The position numbers and the translations under genes were made by a program. A DNA stretch of 64,000 nucleotides. Source: a virus (taxonomy: Duplodnaviria > Caudoviricetes). The stretch lies in IMG/VR virus record IMGVR_UViG_3300020151_001109, positions 1-64,000 of that record; one strand, given 5' to 3'. Below are positions 8,760 through 20,430 of this stretch, one piece after another; positions within the stretch are counted from its first letter, which is position 1, and each line of letters starts with the position of its first letter. The notes below the pieces were generated by a model, which did not search any database, had not been told where the DNA came from, and saw only the letters and a program-made list of their open reading frames with translations.

Positions 8760-9125
8760 GTGGCAAAAGCAAAAGTAACAGACGTCACTGGACGTCAACG
8801 TGAAGAACAGATCAGACTTAATGCAGATGCGCTTGCAGAACGCGCAAATGAAATGTCTATGGCTACAGCAGCAGCTGCAGTCAAGATGGAAACAGAAGTT
8901 CTTGATTTAACAGTTAAAGGCGAAGCAACTGTAATTGATGAGGTTGAAAGCGTAGGCGTAGACCTAGCTGATGATGCTCAAGTAATTAGAGTCGCAGAAG
9001 ATTTAGATTTTGTAACAATCGGCGTAGGAAATCACTTTTCTTTCAAAGCCGGTCAAAAGTACAAGGTAGCAAAGCATGTAGCTGTACATCTCCAAGAAAA
9101 GGGATATTTGTACGATCGCATGTAA
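8760..9125 (+). CDS. Hypothetical head-associated protein
   Basis: SD AGGAG, GTG start; follows the major capsid gene. Confidence 0.7.
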   Translation: MAKAKVTDVTGRQREEQIRLNADALAERANEMSMATAAAAVKMETEVLDLTVKGEATVIDEVESVGVDLADDAQVIRVAEDLDFVTIGVGNHFSFKAGQKYKVAKHVAVHLQEKGYLYDRM

Positions 9126-9142
9126 AGAAGCGCTAATAGATC

Positions 9143-9188
9143 GCCCGCTTCGACAGAGCTGCCCTCATGTCGGGGCGGGCCCTTTTTT
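9143..9188 (+). terminator. Intrinsic terminator with anti-SD-like loop GAGCUGCCCUCA
   Basis: 13-bp stem 9143-9155/9168-9180 followed by CCTTTTTT. Confidence 0.7.
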
Positions 9189-9220
9189 ACCGTGACTTAT
9201 CCGATAACTTGTTAGATGAT
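9186..9220 (+). promoter_or_regulatory. Putative late promoter (TTTACC-N23-GATGAT)
   Basis: Same spacing as the other members of the motif. Confidence 0.45.
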
Positions 9221-9247
9221 AGGTTTTGAAACTTAGTTGGAGGATTA

Positions 9248-10345
9248 GTGGCAAACATTCAGACCCTATCTGCTCGACTTAGAGCAGAAATCGGGGATAT
9301 TGGAAAATCTTTCGAGGAACAGTTTACTGGCGACGGTGTAACAAAAAGATTCCAACTTAGTCATTCCCCAATCAAAGGCGTATCTTTACGTGTATACGTA
9401 AATGGGGTAAACGTATCTCAAGCCGTATCCGTAGAAGAAGTTAACGGTTTATTTCAATTAAACGCCACTCCAGCAAGCGGAGCTATTATAAAGGTTTCAG
9501 GCGTAACATATAAGTATTTTACAGACACTGAGATTCAATATTACGTAACCTCAGCTTTTTATGATCATGCCTACAATAGTACAGACAGTAATGGAAGCCT
9601 AGCTACGCTCCCAACACTCCCTTTGGTTGAGGAGTACCCACTTGTCCTTCTAGCGTCCTCTATGGCCCTCTATACACTAGCCACCGACGCTGCCTTTGAT
9701 ATTGATATTATTTCTCCTGATGGGGTCTCTATCCCTAGATCAGAACGTTTTAGACAGCTGATGGAAATTGTTTCTTCTCGTAAGGAACAATACCGTGAGC
9801 TCTGCACCCTACTAGGTGTAGGTATGTACCGAATTGAAGTACTTACTCTGCGCAGAATTAGCCGTAGAACTAATCGATACGTTCCTGTTTATAAACCACA
9901 AGAAATTGATGATGGGTCTATTCCACAAAGAGTTCACCTTCCTAAACCTAATTATTGGGATACAACTCCTCCAGGCCCTGCCGCAACTAAAGACCTTGTC
10001 ATGAAAGCTGGCGACTCTTTCTCAGCAACATTTACTTTTGACGTAGATTTAACTAACTATACTCCGTTGTCTCAGATTCGTTTATATCCACAAATACCTG
10101 GAAATCAAGTAGGGCCGCTTCTTTTAGCTACCTTTACAATTACTAAGAGCAGATCTGTTTCTGGTGGAATTTTTGATAAACTTACCTTAACTTTGCCAAG
10201 CACCGTTACCGATGACCTACCAAGGACTAGCTACTGGGATCTACAATTAACTCGCCCTTCTGATGGCGTAACTCGTACATACCTAGAAGGAAAGATATAT
10301 ACTAAGCCCCAGGTAACAACTACCAATGGAGATTTCAGTGTCTGA
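9248..10345 (+). CDS. Head-tail adaptor/neck protein with Ig-like accessory domains
   Basis: Position after the capsid genes; [11 protein letters not shown]-domain, helical adaptor-like middle and YWDLQL..EGK C-domain. Confidence 0.55.
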   Translation: MANIQTLSARLRAEIGDIGKSFEEQFTGDGVTKRFQLSHSPIKGVSLRVYVNGVNVSQAVSVEEVNGLFQLNATPASGAIIKVSGVTYKYFTDTEIQYYVTSAFYDHAYNSTDSNGSLATLPTLPLVEEYPLVLLASSMALYTLATDAAFDIDIISPDGVSIPRSERFRQLMEIVSSRKEQYRELCTLLGVGMYRIEVLTLRRISRRTNRYVPVYKPQEIDDGSIPQRVHLPKPNYWDTTPPGPAATKDLVMKAGDSFSATFTFDVDLTNYTPLSQIRLYPQIPGNQVGPLLLATFTITKSRSVSGGIFDKLTLTLPSTVTDDLPRTSYWDLQLTRPSDGVTRTYLEGKIYTKPQVTTTNGDFSV

Positions 10346-12221
10346 TACGCCTAATTTAATTGGAATGCCTTCCGATAGTAATGACCCTAGTGTTTTCCTA
10401 TTGGGAGAAGTTGCTGAACCACAAATTGGCCCTACAGGTCCGCAAGGAGAAACAGGTCCGCGTGGTGTAACTGGCCCTACAGGAGCCACCGGTGCAACTG
10501 GAGCCTCAGTAACTGGTCCAACTGGTGCTGGTGCAACTGGTGCGACAGGTCCTCGTGGTGCTACTGGAGATCTTGGACCAACAGGTGTAGCCGGCCCAAC
10601 CGGTCCTCAGGGAACTGTAGGACCATCAGGTGCGACAGGAAGTCAAGGACCTACCGGTGCGCAAGGAGTTTCTGGCCCAACAGGTCCTGAAGGACCTAGA
10701 GGTACACGCGGAGAAACTGGTGCTACAGGAGCTACTGGTGCTCAAGGAGCTACTGGTTCTACCGGCGCAACCGGCTCTACCGGAACGGCGTCGACTGTTC
10801 CTGGACCTACGGGTTCAACAGGACCTACTGGTGCTACGGGCTCAACTGGAGCAACTGGGGACGCGGGCCCAACAGGTGCGACAGGTACTCAAGGAATTCG
10901 TGGCGCTACTGGCGCTACTGGGCCACAAGGAGATCTAGGCCCTACAGGCGTAGCTGGTCCAACTGGTGCAACAGGAACTGCGGGTGTAGCTGGCCCTGCA
11001 GGTATTACTGGGCCTCGTGGAGATTTAGGTCCAACTGGACCAACAGGATTAACTGGATCAACTGGACCACAAGGATCGACTGGACCAAGTGGACCAAGTG
11101 GACCAACCGGTTCTACTGGAAGTACTGGACCAACAGGTTCTACTGGTGCAGCTTCTACAGTCCCTGGACCTACAGGACCAACTGGTGCTAAGGGTGATCA
11201 AGGCGTATCAATTAGATACCAAGGAACTCTTGCTAATACAGGATTACTTTCAACAATTACTAACCCACAAATTAATGATGCGTATTTTATTGGGCGCGAT
11301 CTTTATGTGTGGGAAGGTTACGAGTGGGATAACGTAGGTCAGATTGTTGGACCTACCGGATCTACCGGACCAACCGGTGCTACCGGACCACAAGGTGTTT
11401 CTATAACACTTAAGGGTTCTAAAGCAAATACGGCAGCTCTTCCACCAACAGGTAACTCTATAAATGATGCCTGGATTGTTGATGCTGATGGTGACATTTA
11501 CGTTTGGAATGGAACAGCTTGGTATAGCGCTGGACAAATTGTTGGTCCTACAGGCGCAACCGGATCTACTGGCGCGACTGGCGCGACTGGTGCTACGGGG
11601 CAATCAATTACGGGCCCTACTGGAGCAACAGGTGCAAACTCAACTGTAGCCGGACCTACTGGTGCCACAGGTTCTACAGGTGCCACTGGAGCTACCGGAG
11701 CAACTGGAACTAACGGAACTAACGGAACTAACGGCGCTACTGGTGCGACAGGACCTACTGGTGCTACTGGTGCACAAGGTACTGGCGTAACAATACTTGG
11801 TTCGTATGCAACCCTCGGTGAATTACAAGCAGCATATCCAACAGGAAATGTTGGAGATGGTTATTTAGTAGCCGGTTCTCTTTATGTTTGGTCAGCAACA
11901 ACATCTGCATGGGTAAATGTTGGAAGCATTCAAGGACCTGCAGGAGCAACTGGTGCCTCAGGCACAAACGGAGCCACGGGCGCAACGGGAGCTACTGGAT
12001 CAACAGGATCTACTGGCCCTACAGGCGCAACTGGATCTACCGGTGCGAACTCAACTGTTCCTGGACCAACCGGGTCTAGTGGAGCAACTGGCGCGACAGG
12101 TGCAACGGGTTCAACAGGACCTACAGGGCCTGCAAGCACTACAATTCTTGATGTTGACGGTGGTGCTCCAAACTCTATTTATGGCGGAACAATTACGATT
12201 GACGCTGGAGGAATTATTTAA
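10338..12221 (+). CDS. Collagen-like fibre protein (G-X-T repeats) with three globular inserts
   Basis: Long GPT/GAT runs interrupted by three homologous G.A/GY....(L/I)YVW....W...G.I.G modules; GTG start after GGAG. Confidence 0.85.
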   Translation: MSDTPNLIGMPSDSNDPSVFLLGEVAEPQIGPTGPQGETGPRGVTGPTGATGATGASVTGPTGAGATGATGPRGATGDLGPTGVAGPTGPQGTVGPSGATGSQGPTGAQGVSGPTGPEGPRGTRGETGATGATGAQGATGSTGATGSTGTASTVPGPTGSTGPTGATGSTGATGDAGPTGATGTQGIRGATGATGPQGDLGPTGVAGPTGATGTAGVAGPAGITGPRGDLGPTGPTGLTGSTGPQGSTGPSGPSGPTGSTGSTGPTGSTGAASTVPGPTGPTGAKGDQGVSIRYQGTLANTGLLSTITNPQINDAYFIGRDLYVWEGYEWDNVGQIVGPTGSTGPTGATGPQGVSITLKGSKANTAALPPTGNSINDAWIVDADGDIYVWNGTAWYSAGQIVGPTGATGSTGATGATGATGQSITGPTGATGANSTVAGPTGATGSTGATGATGATGTNGTNGTNGATGATGPTGATGAQGTGVTILGSYATLGELQAAYPTGNVGDGYLVAGSLYVWSATTSAWVNVGSIQGPAGATGASGTNGATGATGATGSTGSTGPTGATGSTGANSTVPGPTGSSGATGATGATGSTGPTGPASTTILDVDGGAPNSIYGGTITIDAGGII

Positions 12222-12625
12222 TGACAGTAAAAATTCAACTTCGAAGAGGTTTGGCTGCAAACTGGACGTCTAGTAACCCAACTCTTGCTGAAGGCGAGCT
12301 AGGTTTAGAAACCGATACCGGAAAATTTAAAGTAGGTAACGGTGTAAATCAGTGGACTGGTCTGTCATACTCTTCCGGTATAGCTGGTGCTACTGGTGCT
12401 ACGGGATCTACCGGAGCAACAGGCCCAACTGGCGCGGGAGCAACAGGTGCAACAGGTGCTCCTGGAGCTACTGGAGCAACAGGTGTAGCTGGTGATGGCG
12501 GCGTTGGAGAACTTTTAAAAATGGATGCACTATTAAACTTAGGTATTTATTTTCCTAAGACTACTGCGGTTGCAGGAACTGCATCTTCTACTACTACAAC
12601 TATCTCACCGATTACGCTGATCTAG
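12221..12625 (+). CDS. Short fibre with an Mtd/hyaluronidase-type N-terminal domain and a collagen segment
   Basis: IQLRRG.AANW...[20 protein letters not shown]...W..L.Y motif. Confidence 0.75.
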   Translation: MTVKIQLRRGLAANWTSSNPTLAEGELGLETDTGKFKVGNGVNQWTGLSYSSGIAGATGATGSTGATGPTGAGATGATGAPGATGATGVAGDGGVGELLKMDALLNLGIYFPKTTAVAGTASSTTTTISPITLI

Positions 12626-12637
12626 GAAGGAACCTAA

Positions 12638-15600
12638 GTGTCAAGAAATGTAATGTTTGAAGAGGATTATACATTTAATCCTGCTACAAAAACAATCATC
12701 ATTAAAAGAAACCTTCAACCTCAACGTTTAATGTTGATGACCAACGTAACAAAAAACATTGTAATTTATAACTTTTCAGATCCAGCACTAGGATATGCAA
12801 CCTGGACACGTGAGCAAAATGGTGCGGATATTGAAACCCACATTGTTCTTAAGTACAACACTGCTAGCATGTCTTCCACAGACAAGCTTCAGCTTATTAT
12901 TGATGACTACGCAACTGTTGTTGACGTAGAAGAGTCTTTGCAGGACGCGGTTGGAAAGCTAAGAACATCTACTCCACAATCTTTGATGGATACAGACTTT
13001 GAATACTCATTGCAGCCTTCTAAGTGGGAATCACTTTTCTTAACCTCAAATTACTCCACTTTCTTTGCAAAAGGTACTGGAGGTAACTCATTTGAAGTTA
13101 CTTCTATTGCTGCAAATGGTTTGGGGCCTAGATCCACAGTAATTATTACTACAGCACAGCCTCATAGTTTAATTTCAGGAAACATTGTCAGCGTTCAAGA
13201 CACACAAAGCGGACTAGTTGAAGGTACTTTTTTAGTTGGAACAATTCTAAGCGGAACACAGTTTAACTATACTGCTAAGGGAGTTGTGAGCGGAGAGCTT
13301 GTAAATCTAGGAACTTCCTCAGTGTACGGCGGAGATATCTTTGATAACGCGCACATCCCTGGTGGAATAAACACCGCAAATAGCTTAGGTATTCCAGGAG
13401 GTTCGAACTCACTTCGTCCTTGGAATGCTTCTTCAAATGGTGCAGCCCCATCTTCACAGGTAACTATTACTTTTGATGCTCCTCACGGACTGTATCCAGG
13501 CACACAAGTAATTGTGTCTAATACAAACAGCTTCGATGGTACCTACCCAATTATTCAAATACCTACAACAAGAACAGCAATAATTGACCTAGGTAGAGTA
13601 CAAACTTCAGTTGTAGTGCCAAGTACATCTACAATCATGGCTAAGAATGATGGGTACATCGTACATCGTCCAGCAGATGGTGGAGTTCAGCTTACTACAT
13701 ACAACAATATTCCTGGAGCGACAACAATACGTCAAACAAGACGTTACTTCCGTTATCAGTCAGGTAAGGGTATTCAGTACTCTACAGGATCTAAATTTAC
13801 GCCTACATTTGATATTCAACGATACGTGCTTAACGCAGGTACTGTTGGAACACAGTACGCAACAATTACTACACAACAAGACCACTGTTTACAGGCGGGT
13901 GCCAAGATATTTATTGAAGGCATGGAAGTAAGCCGCGCAGGTTCATATAACCCATTTAACGGTAACTTTGTAGTATCGCAGGTTGTAGATGCTAACACTT
14001 TAAGAATTAACCTTAATATTACTACTACTATCCCTACAGTAGACCTAAACCCAGCTGGCTTAGGATTTTTAACTGTATACGAGTGGGATGGTGGCGTAAC
14101 TAGAACCGGAATGTTTGATGAACAAAATGGTTTCTTCTTTGAGTTTGATGGACAAGGACTATCAGTAGTCCGCCGCCACTCAGAAAAAGAAATTATGGGC
14201 CGAGTATCTACTACTGCAAACTCAAACCTAGTTACTGGAACAAGCACACAGTTTAGAAAACAACTGCTTGTTGGACAAAACATTGTTATTCGTGGAGCAT
14301 CTTATAGAATTATTCAGATTGCTAGCGATACCCAGCTTTATATTGCTCCAGCATACCGAGGAGCAAGCTCTTCTAATGTTAGAGCTTTAATTACGCAAAA
14401 TAAGAGATTTAAGCAATCAGAGTGGAATCTAGACAAGCTAGACGGTACGGGTCCTTCTGGCTACGAACTTGACACTAAAAAAATGCAGATGGTCTATATT
14501 GACTACTCTTGGTATGGCGCCGGATTTATTCGCTACGGTGTTCGCGGCGTTTCTGGGGATATTGTTTATTTCCACCAAATTGCAAACAACAACAAAAATG
14601 TGGCTGCGTATCAGCGCTCAGGTAACTTGCCTGCCCGCTATGAAGTAGCTAATGATCCAATTAAAATTACTCGAGCTATTGCTGGAGCTTCTGGAACAAT
14701 AGGGTCCTCAATTGAAGCAAACCACACATCTATGTGGGTTGAAGAGGCTGCTGGTTGGCCTGCTGCAGGAAATATTTTAGTTCAGGATGCAACAAATGTT
14801 GAGATAATGTCTTATTCTAGTATTGGTGCATATGACTCAACAAAGAAGGGCTACCTTCTTAACGGCTTAACACGACGTAAGACAGTCACTATTAACTTTC
14901 CGGATCAAAACTTTACCTATGGAGGAACCTCTCTACCTGTAGTATTTACCCCAGATTCATCTATAAATGGTTCTGGTGGAGACTCTCAGGTATCTGTTCA
15001 ACCTATTAACCAAACATGCGCCCCTATGCTTTCTCACTGGGGTTCATCTGTAATTATGGACGGCCGTTTCGATAACGACCAAAACTACGTCTTTACTGGT
15101 GGTATGACAAAATACCTAGCAGTTCCTGCGGGAACTACTCGTCCTTTGCTAGCAATTCGTCTAGCCCCATCTGTAGATAATGGTTTGGCTCGTAACTTCG
15201 GTGTACGTGAACTTACAAATAGAATGCAGCTTCAACTACAGTCTATGGGTGTTCAGACTAACGGATCATTCCGTCTAGATGGAATCTTGAATCCGGCGTT
15301 TATTTCATACAACGCGCACACTACCGCAAACATGGTTGCAAATAGAACCGGTGGAGCCGGAACAGCCGGACAATCATTCATTACTGTTTCTGACGCTAAA
15401 GGTACAAACGGTATTGTTCCGGGTATGACGGTTTCTGGAACTGGTATTGGAGCTTCAGGAACTAACACCGTTAACTTTACTGCCGGAGATCGCATATACC
15501 TAACTACTGCAAACGCAGGAGCGGTTTCAGGAACAATAGCCTTCACCCCAAGAGTTGCCTATGTCGGTCTTCCAAATGACTGGACTAAAGACCTAATCTC

Positions 15601-15934
15601 TGGTGGATCCTTGGCGCAGGTGTTGTATTTTGATAATACAGGTCCTGGTGCGGGAGACGTACCAGCCGCTAACGTACCTTCAGGTCTTGTATCCGGTGGT
15701 GACTCCGTTATCTCTGTCTTTACTGAAAACGGCTCAGCAACATCTTACAACGTAACCGCAGTAGATCTTAGAGCTATTAGAGAGCTTGGAAACTCAATTT
15801 TGGGTGGAAACGGAAACCCGTTGACCCCATCTTTCCCAAATGGCCCAGATATCCTAGTTATTACCGCTACAAATATCGGTGCCGTAGGTTCTAATATCTC
15901 GGCCCGTATCTCTTGGACGGAGGCCCAAGCATAA
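12638..15934 (+). CDS. Large beta-rich virion structural/fibre protein
   Basis: 1098 aa, Thr/Gly-rich; YTFNPATKTI N-terminus and repeated T...HGL/HSL modules. Confidence 0.65.
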   Translation: MSRNVMFEEDYTFNPATKTIIIKRNLQPQRLMLMTNVTKNIVIYNFSDPALGYATWTREQNGADIETHIVLKYNTASMSSTDKLQLIIDDYATVVDVEESLQDAVGKLRTSTPQSLMDTDFEYSLQPSKWESLFLTSNYSTFFAKGTGGNSFEVTSIAANGLGPRSTVIITTAQPHSLISGNIVSVQDTQSGLVEGTFLVGTILSGTQFNYTAKGVVSGELVNLGTSSVYGGDIFDNAHIPGGINTANSLGIPGGSNSLRPWNASSNGAAPSSQVTITFDAPHGLYPGTQVIVSNTNSFDGTYPIIQIPTTRTAIIDLGRVQTSVVVPSTSTIMAKNDGYIVHRPADGGVQLTTYNNIPGATTIRQTRRYFRYQSGKGIQYSTGSKFTPTFDIQRYVLNAGTVGTQYATITTQQDHCLQAGAKIFIEGMEVSRAGSYNPFNGNFVVSQVVDANTLRINLNITTTIPTVDLNPAGLGFLTVYEWDGGVTRTGMFDEQNGFFFEFDGQGLSVVRRHSEKEIMGRVSTTANSNLVTGTSTQFRKQLLVGQNIVIRGASYRIIQIASDTQLYIAPAYRGASSSNVRALITQNKRFKQSEWNLDKLDGTGPSGYELDTKKMQMVYIDYSWYGAGFIRYGVRGVSGDIVYFHQIANNNKNVAAYQRSGNLPARYEVANDPIKITRAIAGASGTIGSSIEANHTSMWVEEAAGWPAAGNILVQDATNVEIMSYSSIGAYDSTKKGYLLNGLTRRKTVTINFPDQNFTYGGTSLPVVFTPDSSINGSGGDSQVSVQPINQTCAPMLSHWGSSVIMDGRFDNDQNYVFTGGMTKYLAVPAGTTRPLLAIRLAPSVDNGLARNFGVRELTNRMQLQLQSMGVQTNGSFRLDGILNPAFISYNAHTTANMVANRTGGAGTAGQSFITVSDAKGTNGIVPGMTVSGTGIGASGTNTVNFTAGDRIYLTTANAGAVSGTIAFTPRVAYVGLPNDWTKDLISGGSLAQVLYFDNTGPGAGDVPAANVPSGLVSGGDSVISVFTENGSATSYNVTAVDLRAIRELGNSILGGNGNPLTPSFPNGPDILVITATNIGAVGSNISARISWTEAQA

Positions 15935-15942
15935 TGGCCACT

Positions 15943-15977
15943 GTTTATGTAAACAAAGTTCTTAAATATGCTACAAT
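15943..15977 (+). promoter_or_regulatory. Putative promoter (GTTTATGTAAACAAA...TGCTACAAT)
   Basis: Upstream box matches those at 4140 and 6694; extended -10, with spacing 1 nt shorter. Confidence 0.55.
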
Positions 15978-16006
15978 TCATAATATATCCCAGAAAGCAG
16001 GACTAG

Positions 16007-16345
16007 ATGCCTAGTTATGATAGTTTATCAACTCAAATTGACGCGGTAAAGGCGGAAATTACTTCCAGCCTTGCAGCTAGCACATATACGGCTCAAGATT
16101 TAGTTTTCGTTTCTAAATCCCTAGAGACTCTAGGTACCCTTCTTGGGGTTAACGACATCGTTGCAGCAACTGCTGGACAGGTGACGTCAATTACTACCGC
16201 TGGAACTACGCAGACAACTGCAGTTAACACAGCCGGTACAACACAGGTTTCTGCAGTTAACACTGCGGGAAACAATAAGCTTGCCGCAATCACTGCGGAA
16301 GCTTCCGCACTATCAATCCTAAGTTATATGGGGGTCCTAGCCTAA
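16007..16345 (+). CDS. Small virion protein with 11-residue AGTTQ..AVNT repeats
   Basis: ORF coupled to the next gene; repeats are visible in the protein. Confidence 0.7.
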   Translation: MPSYDSLSTQIDAVKAEITSSLAASTYTAQDLVFVSKSLETLGTLLGVNDIVAATAGQVTSITTAGTTQTTAVNTAGTTQVSAVNTAGNNKLAAITAEASALSILSYMGVLA

Positions 16346-16653
16346 TGGCAACTACAGTAAATCGTTTTCGTGCTGGAACTGCTGGTACAACAGACGCTGG
16401 TACAACTCCAGTAACTGGCAGCAATACCGGAATCATCACGAACATCATCTTGTCTAATAAGACAGGTTCAACACGCACCGTAACAATTACCGTGGGTGGT
16501 TTTTCTTTCTGCACAGGTCTTCAAGTTCCAGGAAATGGAACTGTAAATTTTGATACACGTACGGTAATGCTTACGACAGAGTCGCTAGTAGTTACCTCTG
16601 ACGCAGCGGCGTCTGTAGATTTCTTAATCTCCGGCGTTATCGTTAGCAACTAA
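16345..16653 (+). CDS. Small beta-sandwich virion protein
   Basis: TAATG coupling; similar pattern to 22244..22588. Confidence 0.7.
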   Translation: MATTVNRFRAGTAGTTDAGTTPVTGSNTGIITNIILSNKTGSTRTVTITVGGFSFCTGLQVPGNGTVNFDTRTVMLTTESLVVTSDAAASVDFLISGVIVSN

Positions 16654-16670
16654 GGGACAGGTAATTATCA

Positions 16671-19600
16671 ATGGCAATTTCATCCAGTAAAGAATTCATT
16701 GTATTTCCAAACGACAGCTCAGCTCGAGTTTCGGTCAATGAAGCCGTATTTACCGCCAACGGCTCTTGGACTGCGCCAACTGGTATTACCAGCGCTCAGG
16801 TTATCCTTGTAGGTGCCGGCGGTGGCGGCGGTGGCGGCTCATCTGCAGTTGCAGGTGGCGGCGGTGGCGGTGGACAGGTTATCGTTAAGAACGTATCTGT
16901 TGTTCCCGGCACAAACTACGCTATTAATATTGGTGCTGGTGGTCAAGGCGGTCAAGGTTCAATCCTTACAGCAACTGACGTAACCAACACTCTTCCAGGA
17001 GTTAATGGTGGATCAACAACATTCGGTACTTTGACTGTTGCTAACCTCCTTCCAAACTCTCTATTTGATTATGCCCCAGCACAATGGGATTCAAATCTAC
17101 TTTTCCGCCAAATCATTGGCGTTAGCGGTCAAACCACAGTATCTGTTACACCAAATGCTACGGGTATTGTTCCAGGTATGTCACTCACCACTATTGCGGG
17201 TGCAGCGATTACTGGTCTAGCTGTAAGCCCTAACAACATTGTAGTATCTGTAGCCGGTAACATTGTTACTCTCGGTGGCGCAAATACTGCTGCTGTAAAC
17301 GCTATGGCTGCTTTTGACTACAACGACTCAGTTGTACGTCCAAGCACAATCCTATACCAGAACATCTCTTCTGGTAGCGGCGCTCTAACTTCTAACCCTC
17401 AGTTGGTTGGATCAGCAGCATCACCACAGTTTACTAATCTCTCAAATAACTTGTTGATGCCTCAGGTTGCACAACTAGAAGAGCCTGGTACAACAACAAT
17501 CGCTGGAACATTAGTACGTTCATTTGGTACAAACGCAGCTACATTGGCTATCAACAGCTCAGGTCTTCCTTCAAAGTTGGCTGAAATGTCTGCTCCGTAC
17601 ACACGTACAATCTCAGCAGCAAGTGGTGCAACAGTAATTACTGTTAGCGACACAACAAATATTCTTCCAAATATGCTTCTTGTAGGTACTAGCATTCCAG
17701 TAGGAACTGTAGTACTTAGCGTAGATAGCGCTTCTCAGGTAACTGTTAGCGCCGCCACTACAGCAGCAATTTCTGGAGCAACCGTTACATTTACATACAC
17801 AGGTGGTACTGGAGCATACGCGCTCTCAGCAACTACTGCTGGTGCTGTAACTGCAGTTAACCCTACTTGGGTAAGCTTCTCAAGCATTAACAACACCGTT
17901 GGTGTATCTGATGCTACTGGTCAATCAACAGCAGCCGGTACTCGCGGTGTTCCATATCTTCCTGGCGCAACATACACATTCTCTGTATATGTATCGACAA
18001 ACGTAGATATTGCATCAGTTACCCCAATTAAGTTCCAACTTCGCTCTACAGGTGGATCTTTTGGTGCCCAGAGCAACGTATCGTACGCTGGCGGAACTAA
18101 CACTGGAACAACATCATCTATCGATGCTGGTACAGCAAACGGCTTCTTCGTTCGTGAAGTTACCCCAACAGCTGCTATGGCTGGTTATGGTGGAACTATT
18201 ACTGCTACAACATTTGCAGAAGCAGCTAGCGGAGCAACTAACATCTCACTAAATACCACAGGTTCAGGCGTTCTTAAGGGAATGTCTATTACTGGAACAG
18301 GTATTCCAGCAAACACAACAATCTCTAGCGTTACAGTTGGTGCTACAACAACAGTTACTATCTCAGCTGCAACTACTGCGGTTATTCCTGTGGGATCTAC
18401 ACTAACCCTTACTACACCTTCTTCTCTGCAGGTTCTTAGTGCTAATACAACTACAGGTCAAAACGGATGGCGCCGAATTTCTGCGACATTTACTACACCT
18501 ACAATTGGAACAGCAACTGCGAACAGTCAGTACGCTTTTGGAGCAACACCTCAGTTCGTTTACCCATCTATCGTTCTACACCAAGGTGGCGTAACTTACT
18601 GGTTCGATAACGCACAGCTAGAAATTGGAGCTACCGCTACACAGTGGATGCCTCCAATGATCGCTGAGTCATCTTCTGCAATTGTTCAGACAAACGCCGC
18701 AACCCTAGGTAACCTAGAGACTTCGCACCGCTTTGTTCGAGCATCTGCTGGAACACAGTACTCTGCGTCTGCTTTCGTAATTGCCGGTGGATCTGCTTCA
18801 ACTTACCGACCATTCCTTGCTTACCTAGAGTTCTTTGACGCAGACTATAACTCATTGGCTCGCAGCACTGGAACAAATACATTTGCCCCAATCTTTGGTG
18901 TAGCAACAGCTAACCAATTCGTAGTGGGCTCAAACTACGCAGCATCACACCCAGTTCGTGTGGGCGTTACTGCAACCGCACCAGTATCAACAGCATTTGT
19001 TAAGTTTGGTGTATTCCAGCTTAATGGTGCACAGTCAGCTACTCCAACAGTTTCTGAGTTCCACATTGTGGCTCCTCAGCTTGAAATTGGAGCAACTGCA
19101 ACTACTGTTAAGGAGCCTAGCACTTCTATCGTATGGGCTGGAGCACCAGGAAACTCACCACTAATCTCACAGACAGGCGCCTTTGTAATTGCAGAAGGTG
19201 GCGGTGGTGGCGGTACTTATAACTCTAACAACATTCACTGGCAGTACGGTCTACAAGGCGGTAACAATGGAGGCCACGCAGCCTTCAACTCTACTGCAAC
19301 ACTTCCTACCCTTGCAGGTGGCGGTGGCGGATCTAACGGTGTCGGTATGAACGCAGTTCAATACATGGCATCACCTTCTAACTCTACAACTATGGCTTAC
19401 GCCTCAGGTTGGAACACATCTGGCGGTTCATCTGTAGCAACATTCCCAATGCGCGGCAACCTCGGTGGTTACGCTGTATGGAATACAACAGCTGCTGGAT
19501 CTATTGCATCAGCACCTGCATATGCCGGCGACGGTGGCGCAGGAGTTTGGCCAACAGGTCTTAACGGCAACCATGCAGGAATGGCACTTGGCGGCGGCGG

Positions 19601-20420
19601 CGGTGGCGCGGGTTGGACAGCACACTCACAGAACCAACTCGTACCAGGACGCGGAAACGGCGGCGGCGGTAAGGGTGGCGGTACCTACCTAGTTCAAATT
19701 GGTGGCGGTACATCTGACTATTACGCTCGCGGTATTGACGGTATGGCAAATACCGGCGGTGGCGGTGGCGGCGGGTCTACAAACCTTGCAAACGCACCTA
19801 CAGCTTCAGTAACTCACTTCCTAGCAGGACGTGCGGTTAACTACGAAAACGCTGGCGCTGACCTTACAAAGTGGTACTCAGTCTACAACGCAGCAATTCA
19901 ACTCTCTGCACAGGCTGGTTTCTACGGTTCAAACGTACTTCGTGCAACAATGCAAGATGTTGGAAACGCAAAGCTTTCAACTTCATGGCAGGGTTACGCA
20001 GTACTTCCACGTACACCACTCTTGTTTACAGGTGTTGCAGCACGTCTAACAACAGCAACTGTTGGTCTAACTAGCACCCAGTTCAACGTTACTAAGCGTG
20101 TACGCCCAACTGTTCGATGGAGACGAGCTGACGGAGGACTTATCCGTGAAGACCGCCCACCATTTGATATCGTATTCACAGCAACAAACACAATTACATA
20201 CCTAGGACAAGCAACAGCCGCTACATCTGCTTGGCAAACACAGCCAGCACCAGCAAATGCAGCTTACTTCGACATAACATGGGAACTTCTATACATGGAT
20301 GGAACAGACGTTGTAGACCTAGATATCTCAGATATTCAGTACTTCCCATACATCTCAACAGGTGGTTTTGGTGCTGACGGTCTTGCTCTTATTCGCTGGT
20401 TTGATAAAACCACTGCATAG
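16671..20420 (+). CDS. Glycine-rich tail/receptor-binding fibre with carbohydrate-binding-like modules
   Basis: FTANGSWTAPTG...ILVGAGGGGG glycine-rich domain, NLLPNS and AQLEIGATAT modules, ending GG.GADGLALIRW. Confidence 0.7.
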   Translation: MAISSSKEFIVFPNDSSARVSVNEAVFTANGSWTAPTGITSAQVILVGAGGGGGGGSSAVAGGGGGGGQVIVKNVSVVPGTNYAINIGAGGQGGQGSILTATDVTNTLPGVNGGSTTFGTLTVANLLPNSLFDYAPAQWDSNLLFRQIIGVSGQTTVSVTPNATGIVPGMSLTTIAGAAITGLAVSPNNIVVSVAGNIVTLGGANTAAVNAMAAFDYNDSVVRPSTILYQNISSGSGALTSNPQLVGSAASPQFTNLSNNLLMPQVAQLEEPGTTTIAGTLVRSFGTNAATLAINSSGLPSKLAEMSAPYTRTISAASGATVITVSDTTNILPNMLLVGTSIPVGTVVLSVDSASQVTVSAATTAAISGATVTFTYTGGTGAYALSATTAGAVTAVNPTWVSFSSINNTVGVSDATGQSTAAGTRGVPYLPGATYTFSVYVSTNVDIASVTPIKFQLRSTGGSFGAQSNVSYAGGTNTGTTSSIDAGTANGFFVREVTPTAAMAGYGGTITATTFAEAASGATNISLNTTGSGVLKGMSITGTGIPANTTISSVTVGATTTVTISAATTAVIPVGSTLTLTTPSSLQVLSANTTTGQNGWRRISATFTTPTIGTATANSQYAFGATPQFVYPSIVLHQGGVTYWFDNAQLEIGATATQWMPPMIAESSSAIVQTNAATLGNLETSHRFVRASAGTQYSASAFVIAGGSASTYRPFLAYLEFFDADYNSLARSTGTNTFAPIFGVATANQFVVGSNYAASHPVRVGVTATAPVSTAFVKFGVFQLNGAQSATPTVSEFHIVAPQLEIGATATTVKEPSTSIVWAGAPGNSPLISQTGAFVIAEGGGGGGTYNSNNIHWQYGLQGGNNGGHAAFNSTATLPTLAGGGGGSNGVGMNAVQYMASPSNSTTMAYASGWNTSGGSSVATFPMRGNLGGYAVWNTTAAGSIASAPAYAGDGGAGVWPTGLNGNHAGMALGGGGGGAGWTAHSQNQLVPGRGNGGGGKGGGTYLVQIGGGTSDYYARGIDGMANTGGGGGGGSTNLANAPTASVTHFLAGRAVNYENAGADLTKWYSVYNAAIQLSAQAGFYGSNVLRATMQDVGNAKLSTSWQGYAVLPRTPLLFTGVAARLTTATVGLTSTQFNVTKRVRPTVRWRRADGGLIREDRPPFDIVFTATNTITYLGQATAATSAWQTQPAPANAAYFDITWELLYMDGTDVVDLDISDIQYFPYISTGGFGADGLALIRWFDKTTA

Positions 20421-20430
20421 GAACTAGTAG

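Noticed and set aside
10283-12273. Antisense and alternative-frame ORFs (PVAPVGPV..., LVLQELLV...) over the collagen gene
   Set aside because: These are shadows of the GGN-NCN-ACN codon repeat and have no SD or independent features.
12221-12625. Diversity-generating retroelement suggested by the Mtd-like N-terminus
   Set aside because: No reverse transcriptase and no TR/VR repeat pair were seen; the domain is a generic fibre anchor.
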